64,000 bases of DNA from the human T2T-CHM13v2.0 reference genome, Homo sapiens: the NCBI RefSeq assembly GCF_009914755.1, contig NC_060928.1. One strand, written 5' to 3'. The notes beneath the pieces were generated by a model, which worked only from the letters and a program-made list of their open reading frames with translations, made no database searches and had not been told where the DNA came from. Position 1 is the stretch's first letter. Each line of letters begins with the position of its first letter. This document shows positions 27,399 to 41,421 of this stretch, piece after piece. A program made the translations under genes and the position numbers.

Positions 27399-27821
27399 CA
27401 GAGGTTCTCAAACATTTGATCTCAGGGCCCTTTTCAATTCTTAATAACTATCGAGGTGTCCAAAGAGCATGTCCTATTGATACTTAACATTACTAGAAAT
27501 TAAGATGCACAAAAATGATTTAAAATTAGCAATAATAAATTCATTACATATTAATATAAATACATTTGACAAAAAGTTATATTTTCTAAAATAAAAAGTA
27601 GCTAGAAGAATATCATTGCTTTACATTTTTGCAGATATCTTTAATGCCTCACTTATTAAAAGACAGCTGGATTTTTATTTATGCTTCTGTATTTAATCTG
27701 TTATGGTATGTTTGTTTGTTTGAAGTATATTGGTATATGAAGTAATCTGGCCTCTCACAGAACCCCTTAGAAGATCTTGGGGACTTAATGGGGTCCTCAC
27801 TCCGTATTTTGAGAACCATTG
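27399..27821. mobile_element. hAT-Charlie-type MITE
   Basis: Terminal inverted repeats CAGAGGTTCTCAAA ... TTTGAGAACCATTG. Confidence 0.65.
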
Positions 27822-27978
27822 GCCAAAAACATGATGGAAAGACTCTTGTCTTTTTCTGCTTTCCACGGCACTATGTGCCACTGGATTTAGGAGAATGTTT
27901 CATGTTCCTGTTCTCTTTTTTATTTCTTTGTTGTTTTTTTTTGAAATGATACATGTGTTGATGAAGACTCTCTTTTAG

Positions 27979-28126
27979 GTATATTTTTGCATCTAATTTG
28001 TATGAATCTGAATGCATGAATGAGACAGAGTGGACAATTTATCAAGACTGGCATGACTGGATGAATAACCAATTTGGCCAAAGCCTTGAATTGGATGGAA
28101 TCATTTATCTTCAAGCCACTCCAGAG
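27979..28126 (+). CDS. DCK: DCK exon 4 (148 bp)
   Basis: AG/GT boundaries; [49 protein letters not shown] continues the frame. Confidence 0.98.
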
Positions 28127-29597
28127 GTAAAACCCAATAAAAATGTGTTTCACTGAAAATTTAAAGAAATATTTAGAACTCTTTTCAGTGGTATATAATG
28201 AGGGCAATTTAGTTTAACTCCAGCCTCCCAACCTCCCACTCCCCACCTCTAAATTAGAAACTTGTAACTGTGTAGATAGAAGCATTCTTTTTTCTCAGCA
28301 AACTGGAATCCCAGACTGGGCAAGTTGCTGTTTTAGGCTCTTTGTGCTTCCTCAATTCTTTTTTATTTTACTCATTATTTCTTTCTAACATTTGCAGACT
28401 CTTCTCATTCATCACAGTTAAAGTAATGAATGTGGTCAAGCAACTCCTAGAATATAGGCTTCATGAGGTGGGACCTTGGGCATTTTGATTACTATTGAAT
28501 TTCCATTGCCTAGAACACCCAGTGCTGGGCACTGTTGGAGCATATAGTAGGAGCTCAGTAAATATTTACTGAATGAATGGCAATGTTGATGGAGGTCCAT
28601 ATCAAGAAATATTTTATTATGGTTGTTTGTGCCTTGGAATGAGTGGATAATGGCAGCTATCGTTGGGAAAAGACTTAGAGGACCCTTGCCATTTTCCATT
28701 AAGGGAGCTCACTTGAAAAGGTGCTTTTTGTGATAGGTTGTAACATAGCTATTCTAGTTACATATGATGTTATATAATGAATACAGGATGACCAAATAGA
28801 TGCCTTTCATAAAACTAACCTAAATATTAAGATCTTACATTTAATCAGAAGCTTTCTGGTTTTGGTGCGTGCATTTCTATTGTTTCTGTTTTTTAATTCT
28901 CATTTTTTCCTTAAGTCACAGGGTAGGCACTGATGAATGTAAATGTTATGACTTCTGGCCTAAAATTAGAATACTGTGTTGCTGTCGAAGCTGGGTTTTC
29001 AAAGAAATTAGGTTTCCTATTCCAACGGATGATTTTGTTCTTCATTAAGTAAAGATTTTGTTCTTCATTAAGCAAGGATTTAGCAATTTTTTAGCAATTT
29101 CAAAAGTGAATTTTGAAATTCACTTTTATTTTTGAATTTTTTTGTTTTTAATTACAAAAATAGTAAATAAAAATGTGAAAAAGAACATAAGGAATATGAA
29201 TAATTTCATTTTGCTTGAAACATTTATAGTCACTATTAAGCTAGAATTTAGCAAATATAATAATTTTGAAATTCACTTTTATTTTTGAAAAGGTTTCTTA
29301 AAGTTATGAAAATAGTACAAACACCAAAAACATAAATAATACTAATAATTTCATTTTGATACTGATAATTTCATCAGTATTGTTTCTGATATCTTTGGAT
29401 GAAAGGATTGTTTAATTATTGAAAAGAGAATTTAGAGTAGAGTTTGAAACACAGTTTGTATGCTGCCATGGTCTTATGCATGTCATTTAGGTTGGAGGCT
29501 TTTATTTCTTGGAATGCATGAAGAGTTTCTCATGGTATATGAGCCCCCACAAATTATACGAAATTTTTTATGTATGTGTGCTTTTGGGGGACCGTTA

Positions 29598-29802
29598 TCT
29601 AGAGCTGCACTGTCCAATGTGGCTATTTAAATTTAGGGTTATTAAAATTAAATAAAATTTAGATATTTAGTTCCTTGGTCACCACACTAGCCATATTTCA
29701 AGTGCTTAAAAACCACAGGTGGCTGGTGGCTACCTTATTTGATAATGCAGATATAGGACAGGCATAAAACATTCCAAAGTTGTTTTGGTTGTGCTGATAT
29801 AG
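29598..29802. mobile_element. MER3/MER33-like hAT MITE
   Basis: CTGCACTGTCCAAT...CTAGCCATATTTCAAGTGCTT...GTGGCTACC motif. Confidence 0.6.
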
Positions 29803-30235
29803 AGTTTTCATCACATTAAGAACCACTGTCTTTAGTGGTTTTATGTGAACTGAACATAGATATTTTGTAATCAAGGTTGGTTAACAGCAAAGTAAGATTA
29901 TGTTTATAGATTGGCATACCTTTTAGCTGTTGTCTCTGAACATTTTAAGTAGATGTTTAATTTTTTTCTCCTTTTTATCAAACTTAGTATATTTCATGTG
30001 TGGATGGATACCAAAAATTTATAGGCTTATTTTTGAAAGTACTGCTTGGCTTAGAGCCACCAAGTGGCTGAAAAGCTCATGGAGGGAAAAATGAATTATT
30101 TCAGCTTTTAAGAAGTAATAAGTAGAGATTTTGGCTAGCGTGAGTAGAGAGACACAGAAAAGAAAATTTTGATGGCAGCAGACAAGAATAATTGTTCCCT
30201 GCCTTTTTCTTCCATCTCTTATTACTTGCTTTTAG

Positions 30236-30351
30236 ACATGCTTACATAGAATATATTTACGGGGAAGAAATGAAGAGCAAGGCATTCCTCTTGAATATTT
30301 AGAGAAGCTTCATTATAAACATGAAAGCTGGCTCCTGCATAGGACACTGAA
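30236..30351 (+). CDS. DCK: DCK exon 5 (116 bp; LID region RGRNEE)
   Basis: AG/GT boundaries; [38 protein letters not shown]. Confidence 0.98.
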
Positions 30352-30659
30352 GTAAGACTTATTTTTATTTACTATTCATTTTAAATACCTTTGTTACCTT
30401 TGTTAAATTTTAATCTAAAATTTGGAAGATATGACTAGCAATATGTAAAATTTCCAGTCGTTTTGCTTATTGGTATCTTCCAGAACTAGGTATAGATTTT
30501 CATTCTCTTGATTGCAATGAGATCCTATTTACTTAAAGTTTTTATAACTAGTATCCCTTGGTGGTATTGATAGCGTAATATGTGAAATTTCACTTTAAGT
30601 GATAAAGTAGGAATATATCTGAACATTATTTAGGTACTCTTTCAGAAAGAATTTTGACT

Positions 30660-30855
30660 TGGGAGATTGTATAGCGTGGTTGTTGAGAGGATAGACTTTG
30701 TTATTAGTCAGATCTTGGCTCAAGTCCAGTCTTACTGGCGTGTGACCTTGGATAGCCTCTGAGCTTCAGAATGACAATTCTGAGCTTTAGTTTTCTCATC
30801 TTTAAAAATGCAGAAATTCCTACTTTATTGACTGCTACTTGTTTTTGAAGAGAAT
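30660..30855 (+). mobile_element. MIR fragment
   Basis: TGTGACCTTGGA...TTTCTCATCTTTAAAATG, MIR core-like. Confidence 0.55.
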
Positions 30856-31084
30856 CATATGTTACAGTACCCAGCTGTATATATTTTGTACCTAAGTTTT
30901 TGGGCTCCATATGGTAAATCTAGATGAGAAAGAAGGGGCTGCCAGATGAAGTACTGCAAAGTAACTTTAGTGTAAATGATTGACAACATTTTGATTTTCC
31001 AAGGACATACGAATGAATTTTTAATGTTTCTCTCTTTTTTTTGTTGAATTTCTGATTATTTTATTAATCTCTCTTTTTAAACAG

Positions 31085-31175
31085 AACCAACTTCGATTAT
31101 CTTCAAGAGGTGCCTATCTTAACACTGGATGTTAATGAAGACTTTAAAGACAAATATGAAAGTCTGGTTGAAAAG
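31085..31175 (+). CDS. DCK: DCK exon 6 (91 bp)
   Basis: AG/GT boundaries; (K)TNFDYLQEVPILTLDVNEDFKDKYESLVEK. Confidence 0.98.
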
Positions 31176-32735
31176 GTAGATTTAGACAGACTACAAACAA
31201 ATATTTGTTTTTTCTTAAAAAGTGTACTGAGTGGTGAGAAAACAATTTTCTAACAGAAAAGCTTCCATAAAGTTACATTAAGAAACAGTTAAGAGCTTTA
31301 GAAGATTTTGGACTGTTTAAGATTCCAGTCCTGACTAAATTCTAGCTTTGTGGCCTGAGCTAAAATAAAGATCCTTCGGAATCTCAGAATCTGACAGATC
31401 TTAGAAAAAAATTAAATAAATAAAAATAAAATAAGGATTTTTTTTTATCCTTTAGTGCCTCTATCTGTAGGATAGGTAAAATTATAATAACAAAAATTCT
31501 TTCTCACCCCCTTTTTCTCTGCTTTGTCCCCATTTCTTCCTCTCTTCCCTACACCACCAATCTTTAGATACTTTAATAATAAACTGCTTGTGAAATTAAA
31601 TTTATCTTTTTCAACTAAATTCAATATGGAGGATATTTAAAGTTACAGGATATGGATCTCATCTATTTTTATGTTGGCCAAAGTCTTGAGATTAAGGGAT
31701 TTTAGTTTTGAGTTTCATTTGGGATCATGTCAAGGATTAATTGACATTACTTAATCATTGAGTCATTGTCTTAATCACAGTTCATTTATTGCCCAAATCA
31801 CTGGGAGTTGACTGTATTCTGTTAAGTGAGTGGTGCCCATATTGATAAAGGGAATGGGTGAGAATTTATTGATGAATATTTGAGAGAGAATAGTAAGGGA
31901 ATTGGTATAACAAATATCCCTATACCCATGTTGATAACTGAGTGATTAAGCTATAAAGAAGAAAGCACAATTTGGTTTAGTTTTGAGAAAAATTTGATTT
32001 TTCCTTTCTTTTGTGGCATAATGTCTGCTGTTTAATAGAGACTTGACATTCATAAGGGATATATCAAGGATTTTGAAAATCTTGACATTTTATGTAACTA
32101 CTGTAGCGTATACATGTAGTTGTTTTTCCCATGGTATGAACTAAAGCTTATCTGGAAAATTCCAATGACCTCTTCATACTACTAATGATGTTAAAAATAT
32201 AGGATAAATTCACTTACAATACTATTAAATGAAAAGTCAGCATTAAGTATTAACAGCCAACCATCAATTTAACTGACTTTGTAAATCACTTTTTAATTTT
32301 ATCTAACACTTCTTTGTTTTGACTAAGAATCATTTCACATTATTATATTTACTTTTATTAATAATGCTAGCAGTTGACTTTCTTATTAAGGTATTTTTAC
32401 AAGGCAATAATTTTTGTTTCTTGAGAATTATTGAGTAGCCTAGAATATGTAGAGAACAAGCATATTCTTACATTATGGTCAGTAGGCTAGGTTCATTGAC
32501 TCCTTACATGATTTTCTGCACACACTGACATTGCAAAGTATGTGATTCACATATGTGCTTCAGAAATATGACAAATCTACTACATGTTTGATTTTCAAAG
32601 TTGCTTGAACTATTGTGCTTATTAATGTTATCAGTGTTAAAGCTGCATATGTCAGTGGTCTATGATATTTAAATGAAGAGATTATAAAATTGGTGTTACA
32701 GCTATTTTAGAACTATATCTATCTTAGATTGATAG

Positions 32736-32957
32736 ATGCAGTGGCTCACACCTGTAATCCCAGCACTTTGGGAGGCTGAGGTGGGAAGACTGCTTGAGCC
32801 CAGGAGTTCCTGACCAGCTTGGGCAACATAGTGAGACCTCATCTCTATAAAAAACAAACAAAAACTAGCCAGACATGATGGTGTGCACCTAGCCAGGAGT
32901 TCAAGGCTGCAGTGAGCTTTGATTGCACCACTGTACTCAGCCTGGGTGACAGAGCAA
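32736..32957 (+). mobile_element. AluJ with an internal deletion in the right arm
   Basis: GTGGCTCACACCTGTAATCCC...GAGCCCAGGAG; the right arm is shortened. Confidence 0.8.
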
Positions 32958-33024
32958 TAAATAACTCCTAAAATGACCTTTTAGGTCATTCATCTTTTAC
33001 TACTGAAGTATTTAACAATATTTC

Positions 33025-33618
<594 letters not shown>

Positions 33619-33776
33619 TTAACAATATTTCTTTGGAAAGTAAATGCAATGGCATTGTGGTAGTTACTTATACAGCTGGGGTCTTCAACTATTATATACT
33701 TTTAAATGAAGATGAATATTAGATACCTCAAATTAGTCAAGGAATTATACTGATTTTTTTTTCTTCCTTTCCTCAG

Positions 33777-33803
33777 GTCAAAGAGTTTTTGAGTACTTTG
33801 TGA
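33777..33803 (+). CDS. DCK: DCK exon 7 coding part (VKEFLSTL*)
   Basis: Pyrimidine tract and CAG at 33774-33776; GTC AAA GAG TTT TTG AGT ACT TTG TGA. Confidence 0.97.
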   Translation, partial: VKEFLSTL

Positions 33804-35338
33804 TCTTGCTGAAGACTACAGGCAGCCAAATGGTTCCAGATACTTCAGCTTTGTGTATCTTCGTAACTTCATATTAATATAAGTTTCTTTAGAAAACCCA
33901 AGTTTTTAATCGTTTTTGTTTTAAGGAAAAAAGATTTTTAAAATGAATCTTATGCAAAACTTTTTGATCAGTTTCTTTTCTTTTGTTTTTTTTTTAAAAA
34001 AGACATTTAAAGACAAAGACATTATTTCTCATAGCAGGAAATGTAGAGGTAGATGGTTCCAGTATCAGCATAGTGACTAAACTACATTATAAAAGATCCA
34101 GCTTCCTTCTGTCATTCCCCTCTTTTGTCTTCCTCAGCAGGTTGGCTTTTTTCCCTGGTGCCTCTCACTTCGTTGGTGACCAGTTTCTTAAACTGAAAGC
34201 TTTAATGTTACATAGTAAATGGTAGTGTGTCCTGTGTAAATTAGTGTACCTATTAAAAGTTGCAAAGTGGAATTAAAGGAATCCCTAGAATAAGGATTCT
34301 GAAGTTTTATTTTAAATTATTATCTTCTTAACAGTTTAGTCCCACCTCTTACTTCCTGCCTCAGTCTGCTTTCTCTACTGTCTGGATTAATTAGGCAGCC
34401 TGCTATAAAGTTAAAGTCACACATTTCTATTTTGCAAACACTGTGATTACTCTTTGCTTTGTAGTTTGCTTTGCTTTGTAGGGTTCTGCTTTTAAGTTTT
34501 TCTCTTTTTCAGACAAATTACTGATAAAAATGATATTGCTCTATATGTAATATATCCTGAAAGCATTATTTTTTGTTGAATAGGAAATAAAATTAATGAA
34601 GACAGAGGCTAGAAAGCATCCATTAATTAATGAGACACACTTAACTACTTATCTCTAAACCATCTATGTGAATATTTGTAAAAATAATGAATGGACTCAT
34701 CTTAGTTCTGTATATAAATATATTTTCTTTCTAGTTTGTTTAGTTAAGGTGTGCAGTGTTTTTCCTGTGTATTAAACCTTTCCATTTTACGTTTTAGAAA
34801 ATTTTATGTATTTTAAAATAAGGGGAAGAGTCATTTTCACTTTTAAACTACTATTTTTCTTTCCAAGTCATTTTTGTTTTTGGTTTCTTATTCAAAGATG
34901 ATAATTTAGTGGATTAACCAGTCCAGACGCACTGATCTTTGCAAAGGAGACTTAATTTCAAATCTGTAATTACCATACATAAACTGTCTCATTATAAGTA
35001 TGCATTTTTTTAGTTTGTTTTTGTTTGGTATAAATTAATTTGTTAATTAAATATTTCTTAAGTATAAACCTTATGAACTACAGTGGAGCTACACTCATTG
35101 AAATGTAATTTCAGTTCTAAAAAGATGTAATAATCATTTTAGAATTAAAATTTATTCTACTTTTAAATAAATTATGAATATTAAAGGTGAAAATTGTATA
35201 AATTACTTTGATTCCATTTTAAGTGGAGACATATTTCAGTGATTTTTAGTAACCTTTAAAAATGTATAATGACTTTTAAAATTTGTAGAATTGAAAAGAC
35301 GCTAATAAAAATTTATTATTTATTTGTCATGACTCAAA
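33804..35338 (+). other. DCK: DCK 3' UTR (~1.5 kb, AU-rich)
   Basis: Non-repetitive AU-rich sequence from the stop to the distal poly(A) signal; the end position is approximate. Confidence 0.8.
35304..35309 (+). terminator. DCK: Distal polyadenylation signal AATAAA
   Basis: AATAAA followed about 27 nt later by CA and a GT-rich downstream element (GTTGTCTCAGTGTGGTGGT). Confidence 0.75.
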
Positions 35339-35716
35339 AGTTGTCTCAGTGTGGTGGTCATAATAGAATTGAGCCTAATGGTGGTCTGGATTATCTCTTG
35401 GATCTATTACCTATATCATGTCTTCCATTAGAATTTATATATTGCTCTTTATAGTTTGCTCTCCTAGAAAGGTAATTAATAATACAAGACTTATTTTTCT
35501 CATCCAGAATTTTCTCTTCTGCTATGCCTAAAACTTGAAACTTATACCGAGCCACCTAGAACTTAAGTCTGTCATATGTTAAAGAACAGAGTTGTAAAAT
35601 GTTTCTAAAATAGAGATATAGATGTTATTGCCTTTGAAAAATGCTAGATACATTGCAACATTAAGTCTGGTAAATAATAGCCTTCTTCATTTGACTAACT
35701 TACCTCTTCTTTTAAT

Positions 35717-36016
<300 letters not shown>

Positions 36017-37174
36017 TAAAAGCTTTTTTTGAAATAGCTTTAGACTCATAAAAGTTGCAAGAATATTACAGAGTTCCTGTTTACCTGTCACTCAGTTATT
36101 TCCCAATGATAACTTTATTTAACAATAATATTTTATCAAAACAATTAAATTTGGTGTACTGCTATTAACTAAACTACAGACCTAATTTGGATTTTACCAG
36201 TTTTATGTCTTACTTTAATTCATAAACTTTAAAGCATCTTTGGCTGGCTCTTTTTTCGGACTCAGCCCGCCTGCACCCAGATGAAATAGCCTTGTTGCTC
36301 ACACAAAGCCTGTTTGGTGGTTTCTTCACACGGACGCGAGAGACATTTGGTGCCAAAGACCCGAGTCAGAGGGACTCCTTCGGGAGACCAGTCCCCTGTT
36401 CTCACCCTCACTCTGTGAAGAGATGCACCTACCACCTTGGGTCCTCAGACCAACCAGCCCAAGGAACATCTCACCAATTTCAAATCCGGTAAGCGGTCTT
36501 TTCACTCTCTTCTCCAGCCTGTCTCGCTACCCTTCAATCTCCCTGTCCTTCCAATTCCAGTTCTTTTTCCTCTCTAGTAGAGACAAAGGAGACACATTTT
36601 ATCCATGGACCCAAAACTCCGGCGCCTGTCATGGACTCAGGAAGACAGTCTTCCCTTGGTGTTTAATCACTGTGGGGACGCCTGACTGATTATTCACCCA
36701 CATTTCATTGGTGTCTGATCACTGCAGGGAGCCTGCCTTGGTGATTCACCCACATTCCCTTGGTGGCAAGTCAATTGCGGGGACGTCTGCTTTGGTTGCT
36801 CACCCACATTGCAGCCCCGGGCTGCTCGCCCACCCCCTTCCCCGTGTCTCTACCTTTCTCTTTAAACTTACCTCCTTCACTATGGGCAACCTTCCGCCCT
36901 CCATTCCCCCTTCTCCCTTAGCCTGTGTTCTCAAGAACTTAAAACCTCTTCAACTCACACCTGACCTAAAACTTAAATGCCTTATTTTCTTCTGCAGTAC
37001 CACTTGGCTCCAATACAAACTCAACAGTAGTTCCAGGTGGCCGGAGAATGGCACTTTCAATTTGTCTATCCTACAAGATCTAGATAATTTTTGTTGAAAA
37101 ATGGGCAAATGGTCTGAGGTGCCTGATGTCTAGGCATTCTTTTACACATTTGTCCCTCCCTAGTCTCTGCTCCC

Positions 37175-37802
37175 AATGCGACTCATCCCAAATCCTTCTT
37201 CTTTCTCTCCTGTCTGTTCCTTCAGTCTCCACACCAAGCTCTGAGTCCTTTGAATCCTTTTCTACGGACTCATCTGACCTCTCCCCTTCTACCCAGGCTG
37301 CTCCTTGCCAGGCTGTGCCAGGTCCCAATTCTTCCTCAGCCTCTGCTCCCCCACCCTATAATCTTTCTATCACCTCCCCTCCTCACACCCGGTCTGGCTT
37401 ACAGTTTCCTTCCGCGACTAGCCCTTCCCCACCTGCCCAACAATTTCCTCTTGAAGAGGTGGCTGGAGTTAAAGGCATAGTCAAAGTTAATGCGACTCAT
37501 CCCAAATCCTTCTTCTTTCTCTCCTGTCTGTTCCTTCAGTCTCCACACCAAGCTCTGAGTCCTTTGAATCCTTTTCTGCGGACTCATCTGACCTCTCCCC
37601 TTCTACCCAGGCTGCTCCTTGCCAGGCTGTGCCAGGTCCCAATTCTTCCTCAGCCTCTGCTCCCCCACCCTATAATCTTTCTATCACTTCCCCTCCTCAC
37701 ACCCGGTCTGGCTTACAGTTTCCTTCCGCGACTAGCCCTTCCCCACCTGCCCAACAATTTCCTCTTGAAGAGGTGGCTGGAGTTAAAGGCATAGTCAAAG
37801 TT
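37175..37802 (+). repeat. 314-bp direct tandem duplication in the HERV-H pre-gag/gag region
   Basis: Copies 37175-37488 and 37489-37802; I found 2 mismatches by eye; AATGC at both junctions. Confidence 0.92.
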
Positions 37803-37962
37803 AATGCTCCTTTTTTCTTTATCCGACCTCTCCCAAATCAGTTAGCATTTAGGCTCTTTTTCATCAAATATAAAAACCCAGTGCAGTTCATGGCCCGTTT
37901 GGCAACAACCCTTAGATGCTTTACTGTCCTAGACCCCAGAGGAAGGCCGTCTTATTCTCAAT

Positions 37963-38439
37963 ATGCATTTTATCACCCAGTCAGCTCTTGACATTAGAAA
38001 ACTTCAAAAATTGGAATCCGGCCCTCAAACGCCACAACAGGAATTAATCAACCTCACCTTCAAGGTGTACAATAATAGAGAGGAGGTAGCCAGACAGCAA
38101 CGTGTTTCTGAGTTACAGCTACTTGCCTCCGCTGTAAGACAACCCACAACCATGTCTCCAGCATACAAGAACTTCAGAACATCCAAGCCACAGCTCCCAG
38201 GGGCTCCTTCAAAACATCCTTGTGGACCTTGCTTCAAATGCCAAAAGCCTGGCCCCTGGGCCTCAGAATGCCCGGTGCCCAAGATTCCTCCTAAGCCATG
38301 TCCTGCCTGTGTGGGCCCCCACTGGAGGTCAGACTATCCGACTCACATCGCTGCCGCTCCTAAAGCCCCTGGAGCCCAAACCCAATGTTCCTTGGCCGAC
38401 TCCTTCCCAGCTGTCCTCGGCTTAGTGGCTGAAGACTGA
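37963..38439 (+). pseudogene. HERV-H gag C-terminal (CA/NC) remnant
   Basis: HFITQSALDIRKLQKL capsid motif; knuckles CFKCQKPGPWASEC and CPACVGPHWRSDY are both broken. Confidence 0.85.
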
Positions 38440-40694
38440 TGCTGCCCGATCGCCTCGGAAGCCTCCTGGACCATCACAGATGCTTTGGGTAACTCTTACA
38501 GTGGAGGGTAAGTCTGTCCCCATCTTAATCAATACGGAGGCTACCCACTCCACATTACCTTCTTTTCAAGGGCCTGGTTCCCTTGCTTCCATAACTGTTG
38601 TGGGTATTGACGTCCAGGCTTCTAAGCCTCTTAAAACTCCCCAACTCTGATGCCAACTTGGACAACATTCTTTTATGCACTCCTTTTTAGTTATCCCCAC
38701 CTGCCCAGCTCCCTTATTAGATCGAGACATTTTAACTAAATTATCTGCTTCCCTGACTATTCCTGGGCTACAGCCACACCTCATTGCCACCTTTTCCCCC
38801 AGTTCAAAGCCTCCTTCGCATCCTCCCTTTGTATCTCCCCACCTTAATCCACAAGTATAGGACACCTCTACTCCCTCCTTGGTGACAGATGATGCACCCC
38901 TTACCATCCCATTAAAACCTAATCACCCTTACCCCGCTCAATGCCAATATCCCGTCCCACAGCACACTTTAAAAGGATTAAACCCTGTTATCACTCACCT
39001 GTTTCAGCATGGCCTTTTAAAGCCTATAAACTCTCCTTACAATTCCCCCATTTTACCTGTCCAAAAACCGGACAAGTCTTACAGGTTAGTTCAGGATCTG
39101 TGCTTTATCAACCAATGGTCTTGCCTATCCACCCTGTGGTGCCAAACCCATATACTCTCCTATCCTCAGTACCTCCCTCCACAACCCATTATTCTATTCT
39201 AGATAAACCTAGCTGACCCCATAGATCCTAAATCCTTTCGCCACTCCTTTCCGTTCCTTAAAAACAGCCCTAGAAGCTGCTCCCACAGTAGCTCTCCCTA
39301 ACTCATCCTAACCCTTTTCATTACACACAGCTGAAGTGCAGGGCTGTGCGGTCAGAGTTCTTACACAAGAGCTGGGACTGCGCCCTGTAGCCTTTCTGTC
39401 CAGACAACTTGACCTTACTGTTTTAGCCTAGCCCTCATGTCTGTGTGCAGTGGCTGCCACTGCTTTAATACTTTTAGAGGCCCTCAAAATCACAAGCTAT
39501 GCTCCACTTACTCTCTCCAGTTCCCATAACTTTCAAAATCTATTTTCCTCCTCACACTTGATGCATATACTTTCTGCCCCCTAGCTCCTTCAGCTATACT
39601 CACTCTTTGTTGAGTCTCCCACAATTACCATTTTTCCTGGCCGGGACTTCAATCCAGCCTCCCACATTATTCCTGATACCACACCTGACCTGCATGACTG
39701 TATCTCTCTGATACACCTGGCATTCACTCCATTTCCCCATATTTCCTTCTTTCCTGTTCCTCACCCTGATCACACCTGGTTTATTGATGGCAGTTTGATC
39801 AGGCCTAATCACCACTCACCAGCAAAGGCAGGCTATGCTATAGTATCTTCCACATCTATCATTGAGGCTACCGCTCTGCCCCCTCCACTACCTCTCAGCA
39901 AGCTGAACTCATTGCCTTAACTTGGGACCTCACTCTTACAAAGGGACTAGGCGTCAATATTTATACTGACTGTAAATATGCCTTCCATATCCTGCACCAC
40001 CATGCTGTTACATGGGCAGAAAGAAATTTCCTCACTATGCAAGTGTCCTCCATCATTAATGCCTCTTTAATAAAAACTCTTCTTAAAGGCACTTTACTTC
40101 CAAAGGAAGCTGGGGTCATTCACTGCAAGGGCCATCAAAAGGCATCAGATCCCATCACTCAGGGCAACGCTTATGCTGGTAAGGTAGCTAAAGAAGCAGC
40201 TAGCATTCCAACTTCTGTCCCTCATGGCCAGTTTTTCTCCTTTTCATTAGTCACTCCTATTTACTCTCCTACTGAAGTTTCCACCTATCAATCTGTTCCC
40301 ACACAAGGCAAATGGTTCTTGGACAAAGGAAAATATCTCCTTCCAGCCTCACAGGCCCATTCTATTCTGTCATCATTTCATAACCTCTTCTATGTAGGTT
40401 ACAAGCCATTATCCCGCCTCTTAAAACCTCTCATTTCCTTTCCATTGTGAATGTCTATCCCCAATCCTCCACTCTTGACTCCCTCTTGGAGTGGATAGAT
40501 GATCTTTGCTGACAGGACACACCCCAACACTTTCATCCTGATCAAGTCCTGTTCTTTACTTTTATACTCTTATTCTCGTTCCCATTCTTATGCCACCCTC
40601 TACCTCTCCCCAGCTATCTCCACCACAGTATCAATCTCACTCACTGTCTCCTAGCCATTTCTAATCCTTCTTTAACAAACAAAGCCAGCAGGCT

Positions 40695-41018
40695 TTGCAT
40701 TCCTCTTTCCTCCAAAATCGCCGAGGCCTCAATTTATTCACTGCTGAAAAAGGAGGACTCTGTATATTTTTAAATGAAGAGTGTTGTTTTTACCTAAATC
40801 AGTCTGGCCTGGTATATGACAACATAAAAAAACTCAAGGATAGAGCCCAAAAACTCGCCAACCAAGCAAATAATTATGCTGAACCCCTTTGGGCGCTCTC
40901 TAATTGGATGTCCTGGGTCCTCCCAATTCTTAGTCCTTTAATACCTGTTTTTCTCCTTCTCTCATTTGGACCATGTGTCTTCCTTTTACTTTCGCAATTC
41001 ATACAAAACCGCATCTAG
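40695..41018 (+). pseudogene. HERV-H env transmembrane remnant
   Basis: Immunosuppressive domain, CX6CC motif and hydrophobic TM segment; SU is deleted. Confidence 0.85.
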
Positions 41019-41421
41019 GCCATCACTAATCATTCTATACGACAAATGCTCCTTCTAACAACCCCACAACATCACCCCTTACCCAAAAATCTTTCTTCAG
41101 TTTAATCTTTCCCACTCTAGGTTCCCACACTGCCCCTGATCCCGCTAGAAGCAGCCCTGAGAAACATCGCCCATTATCTCTCCATACCACCCGTGAAAAT
41201 TTTCACTGCCCCAACAGTTCACCACTATTTTGTTTTGTTTTTCTTATTAATATATGAAGACAGGAATGTCAGGCCTCTGAGCCCAAGCTAAGCCATCATA
41301 TCACCTGTGATCTACATGTATACATCCAGTTGGCCTGAAGCAACTGAAGATCCACAAAAGAAGTGAAAATAGCCTTAACTGATGACATTCCACAATTGTG
41401 ATTTGTTCCTGCCACACCCTG

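Noticed and set aside
32972-32990. AATGACCT-TTT-AGGTCATT inverted repeat containing nuclear-receptor-like half-sites
   Set aside because: An 8-bp stem is expected by chance in 64 kb, and the half-sites are everted rather than arranged as a canonical ERE.
37126-37794. 222-aa Ser/Pro/Leu-rich ORF as a new gene
   Set aside because: A by-product of C-rich HERV-H sequence and the 314-bp duplication; no independent coding evidence.
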